Of a stretch of DNA of 64,000 nt, positions 57,690-64,000 are shown piece by piece. Origin of the DNA: an uncultured Verrucomicrobiae bacterium. Its GTDB lineage: Bacteria > Verrucomicrobiota > Verrucomicrobiia > Chthoniobacterales > Chthoniobacteraceae. The position numbers and the translations under genes are program-made. Location of the stretch: positions 103,506-167,505 of the forward strand of contig CAWIKF010000001.1 of the NCBI GenBank assembly GCA_963836755.1, in the 5' to 3' direction. The notes beneath the pieces were generated by a model. It was not told the origin of the DNA. It searched no databases and was given only the letters and a program-made list of their open reading frames with translations. Each line of letters opens with the position of its first letter. Position 1 is the stretch's first letter.

Positions 57690-58199
57690 TTAAGCCGTCG
57701 CTGGAAGAGCGGTCGCAGCAGCAGCCGCCGCCGCAGCAGCCGCCTTGCGTCGCCCGGGGAAAAACGCGCTCATTTTATCGAGCAAACCCTTGAGGCTGTC
57801 AGGCGCGCTAATCTTAAGAATGCTGTAAACGCGCAGGGCGAAATTCGCGAGATCGACGCCGATGGCCATCTCCGTGTCGCTGGCCGCCTCCGCCAGCTTC
57901 GCGACGCGGGCAAAGTAGGGGCGGCATTGATCGAGCGAAGCCAGGTCGGCCTGCGCTTCCGCCGTGCCGGAGCCGGCCGGGATGTTATTGGGATTCTGCA
58001 CCGCCGCCGTCACCGAATCGCGCACCAACTGCTCGCGTGAGGTGCCCATCTTGAAAAGGTGGGAACGCTGATCGCCGGTCAAGGAAACAAGATGCGGCAG
58101 GAACTTTGTTTCCAAAGTAGTGAGTGCAGCATCGATGGCAGTCAAATCCGCTGCCGGGATGCTAAGGGAAACAAGGTTTTCGTTGGGGTTGGATGGCAT
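57690..58199 (-). CDS. Hypothetical helical protein with Ala-rich basic C-terminal tail
   Basis: 169 aa from ATG 58199, ending GRRKAAAAAAAAAATALPATA. No motif recognised. GC-rich codon third positions like the host genes. Confidence 0.5.
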   Translation of the reverse strand: MPSNPNENLVSLSIPAADLTAIDAALTTLETKFLPHLVSLTGDQRSHLFKMGTSREQLVRDSVTAAVQNPNNIPAGSGTAEAQADLASLDQCRPYFARVAKLAEAASDTEMAIGVDLANFALRVYSILKISAPDSLKGLLDKMSAFFPGRRKAAAAAAAAAATALPATA

Positions 58200-58326
58200 G
58201 CGCAAGCGGTAGCAAGCCGTCAAGTGCTAGGTCAAGGACTAAATGGGATTCTTTTTCAAGCGAGAGCCAACCTTCCCTTGTCGCACAGCGCAGCTTCTGC
58301 CATACAGCTTTCGAATCCGATAGTTT

Positions 58327-58657
58327 ATGAACGACTACTTGCGTGAGATCAAAGCCGCGTCCATCGACGCGACCAGGTTGAGCGTTGAGCTAAAGGACGG
58401 CTTCGCCTTCGAGCCGTGCCGCTGAACTTCTATCCCACGCTGCTGCTCGCAACCGATGAGTAGAACAGGCGATGGAAGTAAGTCCATACTCCCTGCATTG
58501 CGGAAGGGAGCTCACGACACTTGCGATCTGGGTAAACGAAGGTCTGCTGACAAGGCGCAAAAGAACATCTGAAGCTCGCGAGAAAGCATGGCAGCGTTCC
58601 GGCAGCACCGGTGAACAACCCACTAAGGCCGGCTGTTTCTCCGCCAATGAGCTATAA
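58327..58657 (+). pseudogene. DUF2442-like gene relic (two frameshifts plus an in-frame TAG)
   Basis: Pieces in three frames: MNDYLREIKAASIDATRLSVELKDGFAFEP / PLNFYPTLLLATDE-TAG(58461-58463)-NRRW / EVSPYSLHCGRELTTLAIWVNEGLLTRRK. They follow the remembered DUF2442 pattern (...FPRLL.ATPEQR..YEIS...GIHW.ELDEDISV.GLL). Confidence 0.55.
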
Positions 58658-58987
58658 CCGAGGTTTTTAGACCAGATGGAGACGGAAGGCAGTGGACCTG
58701 CTGCAATCGACTGCATGGCATTTACTCACTGCGACGGATTGCGGGCATGTTGAAGGCGAGAAATGGCACGAAGCTGCGAGAAAGCATGGCAGCGTTCCGC
58801 TGCGCCAGGACGGGCGGCGTGAACATGGGGACAAGGACGGTGCTTATTTCATAGCGAAGAACGAATCGTTGTAACTATCTTCGACTGCTATCGAAAGCAC
58901 GAACTCGAAAGAAATGTGCGTGCTCCTATTTTATCAATCTCTTCAAACCGCCATATTCCGTCTCCCTCCCATTGACCAAACTGACTT

Positions 58988-59110
58988 ATGAACCGACTCT
59001 ACTATGGCGATAACCTGGATGGTGTTGCGCGATCGGAAGAACTTTTCGGATGAGTGCGTGGATTTGATCTATCATCGATCCGCCGTTCAACTCGAAGCGC
59101 GATCAGCAAA
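58988..59110 (+). pseudogene. N-terminal fragment of an N6/N4 DNA methyltransferase (DPPF motif), frameshifted and truncated
   Basis: ATG 58988 MNRLYYGDNLD, then +1 shift, VLRDRKNFSDECVDLIY, then another shift, IDPPFNSKRDQQT-stop. No AdoMet-binding half follows. Confidence 0.7.
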
Positions 59111-59191
59111 CATGACAGCGAGTATGAAATTAGGAGACCTCGCTAACTACGCTCAAGTATTCAGCTTGCCGCTGACGGTTTTTTTTGGTGG

Positions 59192-59689
59192 GTGACGGCA
59201 GATCGCTTTTCAAGATTTTGGAAGCAAAGAGGCAAGCTGATCCTTCTAGTTCTTTTTCTCGTAGCCATAGTTGCAGCGAAGCGGATCGGGTGGTTAAACC
59301 AGCAAGCTCCAATCTGGCTTCTAGGGTTGCTGCTCGCATGTTGCGTTCTGATTATGTGGTTCTACCAAAAGGTCGGTAGTATTCCTGCTAGGCAACCTTG
59401 TTCTTCTGGGAATGTGGAGGGCGTAGAATGGAATTGGCGAATCGTCTATGGCAGGTTTCTTGAAAACAGTCTTGTTCCTATTTGTCCGAATGCCTCGTGT
59501 CGCTGCCAATTAGATCACGAAAGAGTGGAATACGTTGGAAACGAGCAAAGCTACCGGCGTGTCGATCATGTGAAGCTAAAATGTCGTCGTTGCGGGTTTA
59601 GCCGCGTTTTCGAGTGCAACTGGATCGACCTGTTGCATGATATTCGCATTGAGGTCGAGAGACGTTTTCGAACGGAGGAATATCATTAA
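59192..59689 (+). CDS. Hypothetical two-TM protein with a C-terminal Cys-cluster (zinc-ribbon-like) domain
   Basis: 165-aa ORF with a GTG start. TMs LILLVLFLVAIVAA and IWLLGLLLACCVLIMWF. CPNASCRC...KCRRCG. Hand-counted 60-nt lines at 59221 and 59401 give 27/60 and 29/60 G+C. Confidence 0.5.
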   Translation: MTADRFSRFWKQRGKLILLVLFLVAIVAAKRIGWLNQQAPIWLLGLLLACCVLIMWFYQKVGSIPARQPCSSGNVEGVEWNWRIVYGRFLENSLVPICPNASCRCQLDHERVEYVGNEQSYRRVDHVKLKCRRCGFSRVFECNWIDLLHDIRIEVERRFRTEEYH

Positions 59690-59711
59690 CCTACTGCAAG
59701 CAACCAGCTAA

Positions 59712-60530
59712 CTAAGCTTTGCGCTTCGTATCTTTGACGCCTGCTTTGCGCACGGGGGCTTTTTTTGCACCGTTGCCGTCTAGCGTGGTTTGACCGGATT
59801 TGGGCGTCGCTTTTACCACTTGGAAGTCTTGCAAGGCGGGTGACTCGACGACGGTGATTTCGGCGTTGTCGTTCCATGGGGCTTTGACGTCTTTCTCGCC
59901 CTGGTCGCCTTCGCCGGTGGAGTCGTTATACCATTGGTCGACGATTCCTGGCGTGGGCGGGATGAGTCCGACTGCGAGCGGCGGTTTGCCGAGGCTGTCG
60001 AGGGCTTGCATGAAGGCGCGCATGTGGGTGATCTCGCGGGTCATCAGGAATTGGAGCGCTTCCTTGGTGCCGGGGTCGTCGCAGAAATTGATGAGGCGTT
60101 CGTAGACGATCTTCGCGCGCGCCTCGGCGGCGATGTTGCTCCGCAGATCGACGTCGAGTTCGCCTGTTACTTTTAAATAATCGGCGGTCCACGCGTCGCC
60201 CATGGAGTTGCAGAGCGCGACGCCTCCACCGCCCGCGATGGCGATGAGCGGATCGTGCTCGGCGGCATCGGCGTCGGTTTTCATCGGTTTCAAATGCATG
60301 CGCGCGAGCGTGCCGATGATTTCGAGATGGCTGAGCTCCTCGGTGCCGATGTCCATGAGGAGGTCTTTGCAGGCAATGTCCTCGCAGTTGATGCCCTGGA
60401 TGGAGTATTGCATGGCGGCGGCGAGTTCGCCGTTGGCGCCTCCGAATTGCTCGAGCAGCATATTGCCAAAGCGCGGCTCGGGACGGCCGACGCGGACGGT
60501 GAACATGAGTTTCTTGATGTGATGATACAT
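59712..60530 (-). CDS. Manganese catalase family protein
   Basis: 272 aa from ATG 60530. FGGANGELAAAMQYSIQG and GTEELSHLEIIG di-Mn ligand motifs. Confidence 0.9.
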   Translation of the reverse strand: MYHHIKKLMFTVRVGRPEPRFGNMLLEQFGGANGELAAAMQYSIQGINCEDIACKDLLMDIGTEELSHLEIIGTLARMHLKPMKTDADAAEHDPLIAIAGGGGVALCNSMGDAWTADYLKVTGELDVDLRSNIAAEARAKIVYERLINFCDDPGTKEALQFLMTREITHMRAFMQALDSLGKPPLAVGLIPPTPGIVDQWYNDSTGEGDQGEKDVKAPWNDNAEITVVESPALQDFQVVKATPKSGQTTLDGNGAKKAPVRKAGVKDTKRKA

Positions 60531-60677
60531 GGGAGTGCGAGTTCTAGATTTTGATCCGAGCCGAAATGGCCGCGGCTGCAGGGGAAACGGCGCGTGGCTT
60601 TTGGCCGGTCGTAAAAAGATGGATCGACGACGTTTCGAAACGTCTCCAATCGGAAGCCGCATTCGCGGGCAGCGTGG

Positions 60678-62558
60678 CTATTGCATCGCCGCGGGCGCGT
60701 CGGCGGAGAGGGAGATCGGCGGGCAGTAGGTGCCGATGAGTTCGCGTTTCCACCATGCCTCGGATTCGCCGGAGCGGGTGAATTTGTAATCGTAAACAAG
60801 CGCGCGGACGTAGCGCGGCGGCTTGTTTGGAAAGGGGTTGTGCCCGAGCAGGTCGAGCACTTCGGGCGTGCCTTCGAGGAGGCGCTCGAGGAAGTTCACG
60901 AACCACGGATTGTCGCGGACGGTGCCGAGCGAGGCGAACCACATTTGCCAATCGAGCCGCGGCTGATGCGGCGCGACGAGGCGCGGACGACGCCAGACGT
61001 CGCCGGGTTTCCATTTGAACTCGTAGGCGGTCCACGCGACGCCGTCGTTGCTGCCTTCGACGATGATTTCCGGCCGGCTCGTGGTCATGACGGCGAAGAG
61101 GCCGTAGCTGTTGAAGCTGCGCAGGGGGGCGACGGCGTTGTAGAGCCGCATGAGCGGCGCGGGCCAATGGATGTCGAGGTCGAATGCGCCGAAAAGCTGC
61201 ATCGTGGTGACGGCGACGCTGGTGGCCGCGACGGGGCCGGCGATCCAGGGCGACCAGCCGCCAGGGCGCTTGAAAGCTGGGCGCGCGAGCTTTCGCCATC
61301 GCGCAGGCCATGCGTCGTCATCGATGAGCAGAAGGCAAAGGCCGGCGGTGAGGTAATTGAAAAAGCAGTAGTTGCCGCTGATGGCGATCATGGCTTGCAG
61401 GCCGAGCATTGCGGCGCAGCCGAGACGCCGGACGCGCGTCGGCCCGATCATGGTTAAGGGCGCGCCGAGCTCGATGGCGAACATCACGAGCACGGAAAAT
61501 TTTTCCCAATCGAGCGGCGATTGGTTGAGATACCAGCTCGTCCAGATCGGCAGCGGCTGCGTTTCGTAGTGGTAGTTCAAGGCGGTGAGCGCGCGCCATG
61601 TCTGCACGCCATTCTCGCTCGGCGGCGCGTTGAGTTTCACCACGCCCGACTCGAACATGAGCCGGAAAAGCAGCCACAACAAAGCGAGATGCGCGATCTT
61701 TGTCCCGCTCCCGCTCACTCGCCAATCGGGCAGCAGGCGCAACGGCGGGACGAGGAAAATCGCGAGAAATCCGGTCTCCAAAAGCAGCGCGTCCCATTGA
61801 TAACCGAGGAAGGTCTGGCCGACCACTGAGAGCGAAAGATAAAGCGCCCAGAGCAAAATCAGCGACAGGCACGGCAGGAAGTTGAAGACGACCGCGAGCG
61901 ACAAAACCGCGCCGGCCACGCAAAGAAAAATCAAAAACACGTCGTTTACACTCCACCAGCAAACTGTTGGCAGCAGCCAATGGCGCTCGGGGCCGAGTTG
62001 CGCCCGCGCAGCATTGAGATAATCCGCCGCCGGCAGGATGCCGTGCCGCCCGATCAACCCGCGCACTTGCACGAGCAGTGAAAGAAACGCGACGAAGTAA
62101 ATCGCGCCGAGCAGTCGCAGAAAAACCCAGCGAGCAATGAAAAATGTGGGCCGGCGAAAACTGCTTCCCCAAAGCACGCGCGTGAAAATGGAAAATGTCA
62201 TCCGATGCGCTGCGATGAAGCGGTAGGCGATGCGCGAGATTTTTGAAAAACCGGGAATCCGTCGCAAAGCCCGCAGCCAGAACGGCTCGCTTCCCGAAAT
62301 CTCGAACGCACGAAATACAGCGTCCGAGCCGGCGGTCACCGTGCCGTCGGGCTCGATGAGCTGCACGGCGTGTTCAAAATCGCGATGCGGGATTTCCGGA
62401 AAGCGCTCCGCGACCTGCTGCGAGCGGCGATAATCGATGCGCCGGCCCGTCCGCTCCCGCCAGCGTGCGATCCAGAAACGGCAGAAATTGCAATCGCCGT
62501 CATAAACCATCAGTGGTTCGCGGGGCGGGCGCCGCACGCGTTTTTGCGAAATGCTCAT
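60678..62558 (-). CDS. Fusion of a DCC-type thiol-disulfide oxidoreductase (DUF393) domain and a lipase-maturation-factor-like polytopic membrane domain
   Basis: N-terminal VYDGDCNFCRFW (DCC motif), then about 10 TM with GYQWDALLLETGFLAIF typical of LMF-family proteins. ATG 62558 preferred over the TTG at 62582. Confidence 0.7.
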   Translation of the reverse strand: MSISQKRVRRPPREPLMVYDGDCNFCRFWIARWRERTGRRIDYRRSQQVAERFPEIPHRDFEHAVQLIEPDGTVTAGSDAVFRAFEISGSEPFWLRALRRIPGFSKISRIAYRFIAAHRMTFSIFTRVLWGSSFRRPTFFIARWVFLRLLGAIYFVAFLSLLVQVRGLIGRHGILPAADYLNAARAQLGPERHWLLPTVCWWSVNDVFLIFLCVAGAVLSLAVVFNFLPCLSLILLWALYLSLSVVGQTFLGYQWDALLLETGFLAIFLVPPLRLLPDWRVSGSGTKIAHLALLWLLFRLMFESGVVKLNAPPSENGVQTWRALTALNYHYETQPLPIWTSWYLNQSPLDWEKFSVLVMFAIELGAPLTMIGPTRVRRLGCAAMLGLQAMIAISGNYCFFNYLTAGLCLLLIDDDAWPARWRKLARPAFKRPGGWSPWIAGPVAATSVAVTTMQLFGAFDLDIHWPAPLMRLYNAVAPLRSFNSYGLFAVMTTSRPEIIVEGSNDGVAWTAYEFKWKPGDVWRRPRLVAPHQPRLDWQMWFASLGTVRDNPWFVNFLERLLEGTPEVLDLLGHNPFPNKPPRYVRALVYDYKFTRSGESEAWWKRELIGTYCPPISLSADAPAAMQ

Positions 62559-62598
62559 CGCTGCAAAGAAGTTACGCAGCAAGCCGCCGCCACGCGTG

Positions 62599-64000
62599 TC
62601 AACGCACGATGCCGTCGCCGAGCCAATCGAAGGATGGCGTCAAAACTTTTTGCGCAAGCCGGTATCCGCGATGGTCCGCGTTGTGCGAAATGTCGTTAAA
62701 CAGGGCGTTGATGCGCAACCGCGCGGTGCGGCAGAAAAAATCGACGAGCGACAGCATTTCGTCCGCGTTTTCCTTTTCGCAAAGCAGCGCCTGCGCCCGC
62801 GCGCATGTCGCGGCAATCGCGAAAAATTCCGTGCCGATATCGACGAATCGGCCAAGCAAAACCTGCTCGCGTTCCAGCTTCGGGCCATATTTTGCCATCG
62901 CGTGAAAAAGTGCGCGCGCGAGCCGTTTCGAGCCGCTCGCCACGCCCCGCATGTGCCGCGCGAGACGCGGATGAAAAGCGTCGCCACCGCCGAAAACCGG
63001 CAGCCACTGGCGCGGATACCAACCGGCGTAAAAGCCCGTCGCGCCAAGCGCAGCCTTGATTCGCGCGGAAATGGGAAGTTGCGAATTCATCATCGGCGCG
63101 CCGATTTTTAAATGCGGATCGAGCGCCTCGCGCGCGATGAAAAGCCGCATGATTTCGCTCGAGCCCTCGAAGATCGTGTTGATGCGTGAATCGCGAAAAA
63201 GTCTTTCGACCGGCACCGGCTCTTCGCCGCGCGCCGCGAGCGACTGCGCGGTTTCGTAGCCGCGTCCGCCGCGAATCTGCATCGTGTCGTTCGTGATTTC
63301 CCACGAGCGCTCGGTCGCCCACAATTTGCACAGCGCCGCTTCCAGCCGCACGTCCGCTTTTTTGTCGCGATCGACAATGCTCGCCGCAAAAAGCGACATC
63401 GATTCCATCGCGAAAATGTTCGCGGCCATGCGCGCGATTTTGTCCGCGATCGCTGCGTGCCGGCCGATCGGCGCGCCCCATTGCACGCGCTCTGCCGCCC
63501 ATTTGCGCGTGATTTGAAGACAACGTTTCGACAACCCGACGCAAGCCGCCGGCAGCGTGAGACGGCCGGTGTTCAACGTTGTCAGCGCGACGCGCAGCCC
63601 TTTTCCTTCCGCTAGCAAAATGTTTTCACGCGGCACACGAACGTTTGTAAAACGAACGACAGCATTATAGAGCGCCTTCAATCCCATGAAGCGGCAGCGG
63701 TGCGTGACCTCGATGCCCGGCGTGTCCATGTCGAGCAGGAACGCGGTGATCTGGTTGCGCCCGTTGCGCGGCGGCGTTTTCGCCATCACGACGATCACGC
63801 CAGCCTTCACGCCGTTCGTGCACCAAAGTTTTTCGCCATTCAAAATGAAATGGTCGCCGTCCGGCTCCGCATGCGTTTCCATCTTCGCCGGATCGCTGCC
63901 GACTTTCGGCTCGGTCAGCGCGAATGCGGAAATTTCTCCGCCGGCCACGCGCGGCAAAAAACGCCGCTTTTGCTCCTCGGTGCCAAACATGATCAGCGGC
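62599..64000 (-). CDS. Acyl-CoA dehydrogenase, long form (5' end outside the window)
   Basis: GTEEQKRRFLP, FALTEPKVGSDP and IFEGSSEIM motifs. The frame stays open to the window edge. Extended C-terminal helical domain. Confidence 0.88.
   Translation of the reverse strand, partial: PLIMFGTEEQKRRFLPRVAGGEISAFALTEPKVGSDPAKMETHAEPDGDHFILNGEKLWCTNGVKAGVIVVMAKTPPRNGRNQITAFLLDMDTPGIEVTHRCRFMGLKALYNAVVRFTNVRVPRENILLAEGKGLRVALTTLNTGRLTLPAACVGLSKRCLQITRKWAAERVQWGAPIGRHAAIADKIARMAANIFAMESMSLFAASIVDRDKKADVRLEAALCKLWATERSWEITNDTMQIRGGRGYETAQSLAARGEEPVPVERLFRDSRINTIFEGSSEIMRLFIAREALDPHLKIGAPMMNSQLPISARIKAALGATGFYAGWYPRQWLPVFGGGDAFHPRLARHMRGVASGSKRLARALFHAMAKYGPKLEREQVLLGRFVDIGTEFFAIAATCARAQALLCEKENADEMLSLVDFFCRTARLRINALFNDISHNADHRGYRLAQKVLTPSFDWLGDGIVR

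Overview
Chromosomal 64-kb window from a high-GC diderm bacterium. The taxon cannot be fixed from this sequence. The mix of GH38/GH92 mannosidases, ECF sigma, Ser/Thr kinase and squalene synthase is only reminiscent of PVC/Verrucomicrobia-type heterotrophs. I support about 50 protein-coding genes, 2 tRNAs, 4 broken genes or relics and 3 non-coding repeat/operator features. No rRNA, CRISPR array, integrase or transposase was seen. Layout: (1) 0-2.5 kb: EPS-type GT2 plus an initiating sugar transferase. (2) 2.8-5.0 kb: tRNA-Gly(GCC) and tRNA-Thr(UGU), a 617-nt gene-poor gap, then an orphan WYL regulator. (3) 5.4-15.7 kb: mannoside-degrading block with one 1444-aa multidomain GH38, two GH92 and a translationally coupled HupE/UreJ-like membrane protein. 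(4) 15.7-30.4 kb, the most unusual part: a tightly packed minus-strand operon. It encodes a fully reducing C-methylating type I PKS (KS-AT-DH-cMT-ER-KR-ACP, no release domain), a free-standing condensation enzyme, a membrane desaturase, and a MacB/LolD-type ABC pair with a LolA-like protein. It faces a divergent AsnB-type amidotransferase. (5) 30-57 kb: mainly housekeeping (amidase, rlmN, ECF sigma/anti-sigma, tkt-cysHDN, prmA, tandem NDK-like protein, aminotransferase, Fic, lpdA, MFS, Ser/Thr kinase, rluD, UDG, squalene synthase). (6) 57.2-59.7 kb: a small, partly AT-richer decayed accessory patch. It holds a 97-nt palindrome, about ten phased 21-bp T-tract/hairpin repeats, an orphan 169-aa ORF, DUF2442-like and DNA-methyltransferase relics, and a membrane-anchored Cys-cluster ORF. 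(7) Then Mn catalase, a DCC-LMF fusion and a truncated acyl-CoA dehydrogenase. Caveat: the PKS carries five single-nucleotide frame breaks and tkt one, several at short homopolymers, so assembly indel errors are as likely as true pseudogenisation. All calls rest on motif recognition by eye; no database search was possible.
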